The notes under the pieces: generated by a model
What the model was told of the DNA's origin: nothing
Seen by the model: only the letters and a program-made list of their open reading frames with translations
Database searches by the model: none
Shown here: positions 16,495 through 24,000 of the stretch, one piece after another
Layout of the letters: every line of letters starts with the position of its first letter
How positions within the stretch are numbered: position 1 is the first letter of the stretch
Made by a program: the position numbers and the translations under genes
Assembly: GCF_046237625.1 (NCBI RefSeq)
Contig: NZ_CP143545.1
Location: 2,684,228-2,708,227 of the forward strand
DNA from: Paraperibacillus esterisolvens
GTDB taxonomy: Bacteria > Bacillota > Bacilli > Bacillales > DSM-1321
Direction: 5' to 3'
DNA length: 24,000 nt

Positions 16495-16520
16495 ACAGCA
16501 GCTGTATGCTGCTGTTTTTT
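16495..16520 (+). terminator. Intrinsic-terminator-like hairpin oriented for the plus strand
   Basis: Stem acagcagc / gctgctgt (8 bp), loop tgtat, then TTTTTATT on the plus strand. On the minus strand the hairpin is followed by aaaagtg, so there is no U-tract. Both flanking genes (dinG, ypmA) are on the minus strand. Confidence 0.45.
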
Positions 16521-16572
16521 ATTCGCGCTGTTTTACAAATATTTTAACTGCTGGACAGTTAGAGAAGAGTTT

Positions 16573-19371
16573 TCATTTAAGCCATTCTGCCACTGATTCA
16601 GTAATCATGCCGGCCTGTGTTCTTTCGACTTGTACATCCGGTATAGCATCAAGAAACGTTTTTCCATAAGAAGAGGAAATCAGCCGCTTATCAAGGACGA
16701 TCATGACTCCTTTATCCTGTTCCCCCCTGATGAGCCTTCCGAAACCCTGCCTGAACCGTATGACCGCTTCAGGGAGTGAGAGGCTTGTAAAAGGATTCAA
16801 TCCTTTTGCCACAAGAACCCTCGCTTTTGCCGCAGCTGCTGGTTCATCGGGAGGAGAAAAGGGAAGCCTAACGATAACAAGGCATGACAGCTTTTCACCC
16901 TGTATATCCACTCCGTCCCAGAAACTGACATTGCCAAGGAGAATGCCTTTTGTGAAACCCTGAAAATTTTTCAGCAGCCTCCACTTGCTTCCCCCGGATA
17001 TACCCTGGGCCAAAATTGTGTATTCATCAAGTGAAGCGGTACTTTTTAAATGCTCATAGGTAAGACGTAAAAGCTCTCTGGATGTGAATAACACCATCAT
17101 TCTCCCGTCTGAGCCCAGAGCAGCAGCCGCAATATGTCCGGCAGCCGCCTTTGCGAATTCAGCCTGTACAGTCATGCTGATATCCGGCATGGTCTCTGGC
17201 ACGATGATCTTTACTGCTTCTTTATAATTAAAGGGAGAGGGATATGATTCCGTTTGAACCTTATCATCAATGCCCAGCTGCTCTTTAAAATACGCAAAGG
17301 ATCCATTAACCGACAGGGTCGCTGAAGTCAGGATGATGGAGCTGAATCTGGAGTGATCTTCCTCCCAGAAACGCCCTGCCCCTTCGACAGGCTGTGAATA
17401 AAGGGTAATCGTCATGTTCTTTCCGCTTCTGGCCAAGTCAGTCCAATACACCATATCTGCTTTCTGCCTCAGGAAAAATTCCCTCAGCGCTTTTTCAAGC
17501 TTTTCAAAATCGTGGTGCAGGGATTCAGCCTCCGTCAAATAGAATAAATGGGTTCTGCCAAGTGAATCCTCCGCTTCCTTGAGAAGGCTGATTCTCTCTT
17601 CGACCGCCAGCCTGATCCGCTTCTGATAGTCGATTACCCGTTCTGCTGCCATTAAAAGATTGGACAGTCTCCGGTCTGATGTCCTGTCAGGCTGAAAGGG
17701 CAGAGTCGATACGGGCCCTGCTGTGTTTTTGCTGTTAGCCTCCATAAATCCGGCCAGCTGTAAAAACAATGATTCGGTTTCATATAGAAAATCCTGTACA
17801 TATCCTTCGACCGCTTGGCCTGAAATACCTGAAACAAGATTTTTTTCCTTTAAAAGCCTTTCCAGCTTGTACAATATCATTTTCTGATTATATGTACCCA
17901 GCCTGTTCATCAAGGTCCTGATGCCCTGATAGCTGACATTCAGGCCCGCTTGGGATTTGTAGGCTTTTTCAAAATGATGTGCTTCATCTATGATGAGTGC
18001 AGCATTTGGCTGAAAGATTGAATTCCTCATGCGCAGTTCATTGAAAAGATAGGCATGATTAGTGATCAATAGATCCGCCTTGCGCGCGGCCTCCACGGCC
18101 CTCAAATAAAAATCACGGGTATCCCAGGGAGCCTGAAGTCTGGCCGGCATAGGCCCGCCGGAGTGGAGCCGGTCCCAAAAGCTTGCTCCCCCTGAAGTAA
18201 GATTCAACTCATCCCTGTCTCCTGTTTCCGTATAAGTCAGCCAGACCAGTATCTGCATTTTGGTCAATGAAGAATCGTAATTGTCGTCTTTCTGGCGGAG
18301 AACCCGTTCAAACTTAGCAAGGCTGATATAATTGTTTTTGCCTTTAATAGTGCTGGCTGAAAAAGGAAGCGGCAGTATTTTTTCAAGAGCCGGTATTTCC
18401 TTATTCATCAGCTGTTCCTGAAGATGGAGGGAATATGTGCTGATGATTACTTGTTTTTTTGTATGAAGGGAAAAATGTACCGCAGGCAGGAGGTATGCCA
18501 GCGATTTGCCGATGCCGGTGCCCGCTTCAATGATCCTGCTGCTCCCATGGATTAACGCATCATGCACACTATTCATCATGTTCAGCTGGCCTTCCCTCTT
18601 TTTCATATAAGGGAAGGCCGCCTGCATCGCCTGTATCTTTTCCTCATCACTGTATGAATAAGATAATTCAGGCATTTCTTCAGCCTCTTTTTCCCCGCTT
18701 ATGATACGAAGGGACAGACCCTTATATATTTCCAGCTGTCCCAGGGGCTCCAGCACCTTCGTTTCCTTAACCGAGATACATTCTCCGATCAACTCAGAAA
18801 TCTCGCTTTTCAAAGAAAAGGAAAGCCGGTACAGCTGTTTTAAGGTGGACTTTGGAAGGGTCTCCATCCTCTCCATCAGCTTCAGCAGCAGCATGGCCGT
18901 CACCTTTGCATCGCTGTCCGCACGATGAGGCCTCTCGTGATTCAGGTTCTCTAATTGGGCAAGCTTAGAAAGCTTGTAGCTGTCTGCCGTTGGAAGCAGA
19001 ATCTTAGAAAGCTCAACTGTATCGATCGTTGAGCCATAAAACCCATCATACCCTGCAGCCTCCAGCTCTTCCTGAAGGAAGGACAAATCAAAAAGAACAT
19101 TATGAGCGACAAATACCGCATCAGTCAGGAGGGAATTTATTTTTGCGGCCACCTCGCTGAATTCCGGGGCATCCGCCACCATATCGTTGCTGATGCCGGT
19201 CAGCTCCTCGATGAAAGGCGGGATACTGCGGCCCGGCTTTATATATGTAGAGTACTCATCACAAATCTTGCCTGCCTCGATGACCACACAGGCAAACTGG
19301 ATGATTGAATCGCCTTTTTTGGGTGAATTGCCTGTAGTCTCCAAGTCCACTACAATGTATTTTTGTTTCAT
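16573..19371 (-). CDS. dinG: DinG family protein: N-terminal DnaQ-like 3'-5' exonuclease fused to an SF2 DinG/XPD-type helicase, 932 aa
   Basis: This is a track ORF with a GAGGTG SD 8 nt upstream. Exonuclease motifs are present (VVDLETTG, HNVLFDLSFL, HRADSDA). Helicase motifs are present (Walker A AGTGIGKS, DEAH box LIIDEAHHF). Size matches B. subtilis DinG (about 931 aa). Confidence 0.95.
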   Translation of the reverse strand: MKQKYIVVDLETTGNSPKKGDSIIQFACVVIEAGKICDEYSTYIKPGRSIPPFIEELTGISNDMVADAPEFSEVAAKINSLLTDAVFVAHNVLFDLSFLQEELEAAGYDGFYGSTIDTVELSKILLPTADSYKLSKLAQLENLNHERPHRADSDAKVTAMLLLKLMERMETLPKSTLKQLYRLSFSLKSEISELIGECISVKETKVLEPLGQLEIYKGLSLRIISGEKEAEEMPELSYSYSDEEKIQAMQAAFPYMKKREGQLNMMNSVHDALIHGSSRIIEAGTGIGKSLAYLLPAVHFSLHTKKQVIISTYSLHLQEQLMNKEIPALEKILPLPFSASTIKGKNNYISLAKFERVLRQKDDNYDSSLTKMQILVWLTYTETGDRDELNLTSGGASFWDRLHSGGPMPARLQAPWDTRDFYLRAVEAARKADLLITNHAYLFNELRMRNSIFQPNAALIIDEAHHFEKAYKSQAGLNVSYQGIRTLMNRLGTYNQKMILYKLERLLKEKNLVSGISGQAVEGYVQDFLYETESLFLQLAGFMEANSKNTAGPVSTLPFQPDRTSDRRLSNLLMAAERVIDYQKRIRLAVEERISLLKEAEDSLGRTHLFYLTEAESLHHDFEKLEKALREFFLRQKADMVYWTDLARSGKNMTITLYSQPVEGAGRFWEEDHSRFSSIILTSATLSVNGSFAYFKEQLGIDDKVQTESYPSPFNYKEAVKIIVPETMPDISMTVQAEFAKAAAGHIAAAALGSDGRMMVLFTSRELLRLTYEHLKSTASLDEYTILAQGISGGSKWRLLKNFQGFTKGILLGNVSFWDGVDIQGEKLSCLVIVRLPFSPPDEPAAAAKARVLVAKGLNPFTSLSLPEAVIRFRQGFGRLIRGEQDKGVMIVLDKRLISSSYGKTFLDAIPDVQVERTQAGMITESVAEWLK

Positions 19372-19532
19372 GTATAGTACACCTCAATAACTTCTGCTGT
19401 CAGCCCTAAGAGGCTGGACACTCAATTCCTTATAACATACCACCCTTTTCAACCGAAATACAAGCTGAGGGGAAGGGCCTGTGCTAAGTTTTTCTAAAGA
19501 CTGCACAGACCGGCTGGTTCAAAAAGAAAGTA

Positions 19533-19564
19533 GAAAAACCGGCCAGGAGAGCGGCCGGCCGGTT
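19533..19564 (-). terminator. Intrinsic terminator of the panBCD operon
   Basis: The minus strand reads aaccggcc...ggccggtt (several registers are possible because of GGCC repeats), followed by TTTTCTACTTTCTTTTT. It starts about 5 nt after the panD stop. Confidence 0.75.
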
Positions 19565-19569
19565 ATATG

Positions 19570-19953
19570 CTACATTATAGTGGCTGCTGGTTCGTGGCCA
19601 ATCAGCTCTTTAATTCGATTGTTCTCATCCATAATCGCTACCTTCGGTGTGTGGCTCTGAACCTTTTCCTCCGGTATGATTGCATAGGAAATGATGATGA
19701 CAATATCATCCGGCTGAACCAGGCGTGCAGCTGCTCCGTTCAAGCATACCACTCCGCTTCCGCGCGGGCCGGGAATAATATAGGTTTCAAGCCTTGCACC
19801 ATTATTATTATTGACAATCGCCACTTTCTCATTTGCTGCCATTCCGACTGCATCCAGGATATCCTCATCGATTGTAATGCTTCCAACATAATTTAAATTT
19901 GCCTCAGTCACCCTGGCACGGTGGATTTTGGCATTCATCATTGTGCGAAACAT
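19570..19953 (-). CDS. panD: Aspartate 1-decarboxylase (pyruvoyl-dependent), 127 aa
   Basis: This is a track [32 protein letters not shown] contains the Gly-Ser self-cleavage site. A GAGGAGG SD lies upstream. Confidence 0.95.
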   Translation of the reverse strand: MFRTMMNAKIHRARVTEANLNYVGSITIDEDILDAVGMAANEKVAIVNNNNGARLETYIIPGPRGSGVVCLNGAAARLVQPDDIVIIISYAIIPEEKVQSHTPKVAIMDENNRIKELIGHEPAATIM

Positions 19954-19980
19954 AGCCGTTCCTCCTCATTTTTCCTTGCT

Positions 19981-20823
19981 TTATATGGTGAAGATAATAT
20001 TGTCAATCAAGCGTGCCCTGCTGAATTTAACAGCGGCGGCAATGATTACTCTCCCTTTCAGGCTGTCAATTCTCTCAAGGTCAGGATAGGATAAAACTTC
20101 TATATAGTCCAGTATTCCGCTCGTCTCTCTGCTTATTTTACCAGAGACCATCTCTGTGATCGCATCCGGCTTTGTTTCACCGCCAAGCGCCATCGCTTTA
20201 GCATCAAGAAGGCTTCTGTAGATGGCCGGCGCCTCAGTTCTCTCCGATTCAGACAAATAGACATTGCGAGAGCTCTTAGCCAGACCATCGTGCTCCCTAA
20301 CTGTTTCCACCGGTACGATATCCACCGGGATATTGAAATCCTGTACCAGGCCATCAATAACCGCTACCTGCTGGGCATCTTTCATGCCAAAATAAGCGCG
20401 GTCAGGCTGGACGATATTAAACAGCTTAGTCAGGACGACCGCCACTCCGTCGAAGTGGCCAGGACGGCTCGCTCCGCAAAGGATGCTTGTCCTCTTCGCC
20501 ACCGTTACCGATATGGTCGGTGAGGCTGGATACATTTCCTCCACTGAAGGATAAAAAATATAATCTGCACCAGCATCGCCCGCAACTTTCTCATCCCGCT
20601 CCATATCCCGGGGATACGTGTCAAAGTCCTCATTCGGCCCAAACTGCAGGGGATTTACAAATATGCTCAATACAAGAATATCATTTTCCTTCCTGGCCTT
20701 TTTCAAAAGTTCTAGGTGCCCTTCATGTAAAAACCCCATGGTCGGCACAAATCCAATGGTGCTGCCTTGCCGTTTACTCTTCAGTTCCTCTCTCAGTGCC
20801 TTTATCTCCCGGAATATTTTCAT
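19981..20823 (-). CDS. panC: Pantoate--beta-alanine ligase (pantothenate synthetase), 280 aa
   Basis: This is a track ORF. It contains the motif [16 protein letters not shown] and a KSSRN-type region ([10 protein letters not shown]). Its ATG overlaps the panB TGA (ATGA at 20820-20823), which suggests translational coupling. Confidence 0.95.
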   Translation of the reverse strand: MKIFREIKALREELKSKRQGSTIGFVPTMGFLHEGHLELLKKARKENDILVLSIFVNPLQFGPNEDFDTYPRDMERDEKVAGDAGADYIFYPSVEEMYPASPTISVTVAKRTSILCGASRPGHFDGVAVVLTKLFNIVQPDRAYFGMKDAQQVAVIDGLVQDFNIPVDIVPVETVREHDGLAKSSRNVYLSESERTEAPAIYRSLLDAKAMALGGETKPDAITEMVSGKISRETSGILDYIEVLSYPDLERIDSLKGRVIIAAAVKFSRARLIDNIIFTI

Positions 20824-21656
20824 TTTCTTCCTCCATACAGTGCTTCCACATCTTCTTCAGCCATGGTATAGGAGTGCTCCCTTTCGGGGAAAGCGGAATT
20901 CTTTACCTCTCTGACATATTCAGCCAGGCCATTTTTGACTGCCTCACCGATGGAGGCATAAGGCTTAACAAATTTGGGAAGCCGGGCCACTCCATATGAG
21001 AGGACATCGTGATACACAAGCACCTGGCCGTCCGTATGCATGCCGGCACCAATTCCAATGGTTGGTATCCCCAGCGTCTCAGTGACCAATCCGGCAAGCT
21101 GATAAGGCACACATTCAAGTACAAGCGCAATTGCCCCCGCTGCCTCACATGCTGCTGCATCCGCAAGCAGGCGGCTGGCTGCCTCACGATCCTTACCCTG
21201 TACTTTATAGCCGCCAAGCACGCCGACTGACTGGGGAGTCAGACCAAGATGGGCCACTACGGGTATTCCGGCATTTGTAAGTGCGGAGATCTTCTCCAGC
21301 ACTTCTCCCGCTCCCTCTACTTTAACGGCATGGGCACCTCCATCCTGCATGATTTTCGCAGCATTTTTGAGGGTCTCATCCAGTGATAGATGATAGCTCA
21401 TAAACGGCATATCGGTAACGATGAACGTATCTTCCGCCCCCCGCTTTACAGCCTTGGTATGGTGTACCATATCATCTATCGTCACGGGCAGGGTGGAGTC
21501 ATAGCCGAGTACCACCATTCCAAGTGAATCACCTACCAGGATCATATCGACCCCGGCTTCTTCAGAGAGCTTTGCTGAAGGATAATCATAAGCGGTCAGC
21601 ATCGTTATTTTTTCACCCTGCTTTTTCATTGCGCTGAACTGAGCAGAAAATTTCAT
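20820..21656 (-). CDS. panB: 3-methyl-2-oxobutanoate hydroxymethyltransferase (ketopantoate hydroxymethyltransferase), 278 aa
   Basis: This is a track [15 protein letters not shown]...[18 protein letters not shown]...[23 protein letters not shown] is close to remembered B. subtilis PanB. A GAAGGAGG SD lies 8 nt upstream. Confidence 0.95.
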   Translation of the reverse strand: MKFSAQFSAMKKQGEKITMLTAYDYPSAKLSEEAGVDMILVGDSLGMVVLGYDSTLPVTIDDMVHHTKAVKRGAEDTFIVTDMPFMSYHLSLDETLKNAAKIMQDGGAHAVKVEGAGEVLEKISALTNAGIPVVAHLGLTPQSVGVLGGYKVQGKDREAASRLLADAAACEAAGAIALVLECVPYQLAGLVTETLGIPTIGIGAGMHTDGQVLVYHDVLSYGVARLPKFVKPYASIGEAVKNGLAEYVREVKNSAFPEREHSYTMAEEDVEALYGGRK

Positions 21657-21713
21657 TTATTATTCCTCCTTCTTTTTTGGAAGATGAATCAGGAGGGCAT
21701 AGGGTTAAAAACC

Positions 21714-21741
21714 CAAAAAAACCCTTCTGCAAACAGAAGGA
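21714..21741 (-). terminator. Intrinsic terminator located after birA and inside the panB 5' leader
   Basis: The minus strand reads ccttctg-tttg-cagaagg, then G and TTTTTTT GGG TTTTT. It lies about 60 nt upstream of the panB ATG, about 175 nt downstream of the birA stop, and downstream of a good promoter (next feature). Confidence 0.7.
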
Positions 21742-21864
21742 TTTTGAAAGTCAAGTTGGTGATCCCTCCGTCCCAGTCCATCTAATTGGATCAAGGCAGA
21801 TATGCTTATATAAATAAAAAACGATATAAAAAGGTGCAGTTCTATCTTGATACCGCCCAGCTAC

Positions 21865-21894
21865 ATTATACATAAATATTTCATATTTTCCTAA
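21865..21894 (-). promoter_or_regulatory. SigA-type promoter with extended -10 (TTAGGA - 18 nt - TGTATAAT), the likely panBCD promoter
   Basis: On the minus strand the -35 TTAGGA is at 21894-21889 and the TG-extended -10 TGTATAAT is at 21872-21865. This predicts a leader of about 200 nt before the panB ATG at 21656. Confidence 0.5.
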
Positions 21895-21913
21895 AGTTTT
21901 TTCACGGTCTTGT

Positions 21914-22894
21914 TCAGTTTAGTTCAATGTCTGCGGAATATATCCGGTGAATCTGCCCGTTTTCCTCCTGGAGAAGCAAAACGCCTTCATCCGTAATGCC
22001 GACAGCTTTTCCAAAAAGCACACCGGAAAGAGTAGTCGCCTTGATTTCACATCCCAGACTGATAGCATAGCTTTCCCATAGCAGTTTGATGGGCTTGAAG
22101 CCTTCTTTTATATATAGTTCATATAAATTTTCAAATTTCCGCAGGAATGTCTGGATCACCTCAGTACGGGAAATGGGTTCTCCTGCCTGAATGGCCAGGG
22201 AGGTTGCAGTTCCTCTGATTTCTTCAGGAAAATCCTGAAGCTCCTGGTTCACATTGATGCCAATCCCAATTATGACAGAATGGATCCTGTCTGCTTCAGC
22301 CTGCATTTCTGTCAGGATGCCTGTCACCTTTTTGCCATTGATCAGAATATCGTTCGGCCATTTGATGGATGGACTTAAATTTGCTGCCTCCTCAAATGCC
22401 TGAACGATGGCAGCAGCCGCAAGCAAGGTAAGCTGCGGGGCATCCTGCATGGGGATATTGGGCCTTAAGATAAGGCTCATCCAGATGCCGGTTCCCCTAG
22501 CCGAGTGCCAGCTCCGCAAAAGCCTCCCCTTTCCGGCAGTTTGTTCATTCGCAATGACAAGGGTGCCTTCTTCTGCCCCTTTGTCTGCCAGAGCGTGGGC
22601 AGCCTTTTGGGTAGAGTCGAGAGAGTCGTGATACACAATATGCTTCCCAATTGACTTTGTCTGAAGACCGAGCATGATGGAGTTTTGGGACAGCTTATCG
22701 GGGCTTGTCAACAGTCTGTACCCCTTCTTTCTTACAGCCTCAATCTCATAACCATCTTTGCGGAGTTCCTCCATATGCTTCCAGACTGCGGTTCTGGAAC
22801 AGCCCATGATGTCTGCCAGTCCCTGTCCAGATAGGTATTCTCCCTCTGCCTCATAAAAGGCCTCCAATAACTTCTTTCTTAAATCCGATTGCAC
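21914..22894 (-). CDS. birA: Bifunctional biotin--[acetyl-CoA-carboxylase] ligase / biotin operon repressor BirA
   Basis: The track ORF starts at GTG 22906. The GTG at 22894 (AAGGGAGTGG upstream) gives MQSDLRKKLLEAF..., which parallels the remembered B. subtilis MRSTLRKDLIELF. It has the HTH segment GCSRTAVWKHMEELRKDGYEIEAV, the biotin-binding loop QTAGKGRLLRSWHS, and KWPNDILINGKK. Either start overlaps the cca stop, by 16 or 28 nt. Confidence 0.93.
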   Translation of the reverse strand: MQSDLRKKLLEAFYEAEGEYLSGQGLADIMGCSRTAVWKHMEELRKDGYEIEAVRKKGYRLLTSPDKLSQNSIMLGLQTKSIGKHIVYHDSLDSTQKAAHALADKGAEEGTLVIANEQTAGKGRLLRSWHSARGTGIWMSLILRPNIPMQDAPQLTLLAAAAIVQAFEEAANLSPSIKWPNDILINGKKVTGILTEMQAEADRIHSVIIGIGINVNQELQDFPEEIRGTATSLAIQAGEPISRTEVIQTFLRKFENLYELYIKEGFKPIKLLWESYAISLGCEIKATTLSGVLFGKAVGITDEGVLLLQEENGQIHRIYSADIELN

Positions 22895-24000
22895 TGGACC
22901 AGCCACTCCCTTATTGCCTTTTTATCGTTTTTTACTCGCTCTTCCAGCACCCCAGTCAGGATAAATGAAAGAAGCTCCTTAACCCAGGGCCCTCCCTTTT
23001 TTCCGGTCCAGTCCAATAAATCATTGCCATTTACACCGAGCTCATTCATATGATGGACAGGCAGGCTGTCATAAGCGGTTTCGACCTGGCTGTGAGGCGG
23101 AACACCCATACGGGCTGCAAACACCCTTTCGACCCTTATGGCTGTTTCTCTTCCCGCCTCAAACAGAGACTTTTTACCCAAAGGCCCCTGCCTGCGCGTG
23201 TTCAGATACACCAGATGGCTTTTAATTGATTTAAACTGTTTCATCGGCATCCTCCAGCTGTTCAGGAACGCATCCGCTCCTTCCTGATTCATGAGGCTTG
23301 TGAGCAGCACCCAGCTGTCAAAGCCGTCCTTCAACCCGGATGGATTTAGTCCGATGAATTTCCGGAGTGCTTCCTGCTGGTGCGGGAGGCCCGGGACATA
23401 CTGGTATAACCCGCTGTCCAGCAAGATCTCGAGGGCCCTGGTCCTGCTCCGGCCTTCCATAAGTTTGTTAAATTCAGCAAGCAGCCGCTCAACAGCCATG
23501 TTGGAGAGAATCGGTCCATTCTTTTTGATCCCTTCAAATACTTCAGGATCCATCGAAAAAGAGAGCTGGCTGACAAATCGGACTGCCCGCATCATCCGGA
23601 GAGCGTCTTCTGAAAACCGTTCATCAGGATCACCCACCGTACAAATCAGCTTCCGCCGGATTGCAGATGCCCCGGAAAAGGGATCGATCAGATTGTAGCC
23701 TTTATCCATCGCAATGGCATTCATCGTAAAATCCCTTCGCTGCAAGTCTTCCCTCAGAGACCTGATGAACTTCACCTCTGAAGGACGGCGAAAGTCCTCA
23801 TAGCCGCCCTCCCGGCGGAATGTAGTTACTTCATAGGGCTCACCTTCGTGAATGACGATTACCGTCCCGTGTTCAATCCCAACATCAACGGTATTGGGGA
23901 AAATCGCCTTTACTTCGAGCGGTGTGGCACTTGTAGCGATGTCCACATCACTTATGGGCTTTTTAAGGAGCATATCCCTGACCGCACCGCCGACAAAATA
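22879..24000 (-). CDS. cca: CCA-adding tRNA nucleotidyltransferase. Partial: about 25 N-terminal aa lie beyond the right window edge.
   Basis: The track ORF begins at an internal Met (23973). The frame stays open to 24000 and reads YFVGGAVRD-MLLKKPISDVDIAT, which is the conserved GGxVRD / DxD nucleotidyltransferase motif region. RRDFTMNAIAM and EDALRMMRAVRF follow. It lies upstream of birA as in B. subtilis. Confidence 0.93.
   Translation of the reverse strand, partial: YFVGGAVRDMLLKKPISDVDIATSATPLEVKAIFPNTVDVGIEHGTVIVIHEGEPYEVTTFRREGGYEDFRRPSEVKFIRSLREDLQRRDFTMNAIAMDKGYNLIDPFSGASAIRRKLICTVGDPDERFSEDALRMMRAVRFVSQLSFSMDPEVFEGIKKNGPILSNMAVERLLAEFNKLMEGRSRTRALEILLDSGLYQYVPGLPHQQEALRKFIGLNPSGLKDGFDSWVLLTSLMNQEGADAFLNSWRMPMKQFKSIKSHLVYLNTRRQGPLGKKSLFEAGRETAIRVERVFAARMGVPPHSQVETAYDSLPVHHMNELGVNGNDLLDWTGKKGGPWVKELLSFILTGVLEERVKNDKKAIREWLVQCNRI

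Noticed and set aside
1-24000. Search for a defence island, mobile element, CRISPR array, tRNA/rRNA or toxin-antitoxin pair
   Set aside because: Every ORF longer than 100 aa is accounted for by a conserved housekeeping, repair or sporulation gene in B. subtilis-like order. I found no recombinase or transposase motifs, no regularly spaced direct repeats outside the ponA coding repeats, and no cloverleaf-like or rRNA-like sequence. I cannot run homology or covariance searches here, so small ncRNAs could still be missed.

Overview
This is a core-chromosome segment of a Bacillaceae genome (Bacillus sensu lato). It is gene-for-gene colinear with my memory of the B. subtilis 168 yprA-to-cca region. 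Gene order: mrfA/yprA (minus strand, C-terminus cut by the left edge), then a two-gene insert (alpha/beta hydrolase and Hsp20, divergent), then yppG-like, yppE, yppD, sspM, yppC, recU-ponA, ypoC, nth, dnaD, asnS, aspB, ypmB, ypmA, dinG, panD-panC-panB, birA and cca (N-terminus cut by the right edge). I call 23 CDSs. Two are absent from the ORF track: mrfA, which has no in-window stop, and the 34-codon sspM. Several track ORFs are over-extended at the 5' end, and I re-called those starts from SD spacing and homologue lengths. I found no tRNA, rRNA, CRISPR array, transposase, integrase, toxin-antitoxin or recognisable defence genes. I do not see a convincing undescribed system here; the window is ordinary housekeeping, replication, repair and sporulation synteny. 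The items worth a second look are modest. (1) The hydrolase/Hsp20 insert sits at a synteny break and is bracketed by inverted copies of a 24-nt intergenic repeat. (2) The intergenic region upstream of mrfA is hairpin-dense and contains a weak LexA-box-like site. (3) The panBCD leader is about 200 nt long and carries an intrinsic terminator plus alternative pairings, so it is a candidate pan-motif attenuator. (4) A plus-oriented terminator sits between two minus-strand genes. (5) PonA has a tandem-repeat low-complexity tail and the YppG-like protein is expanded.
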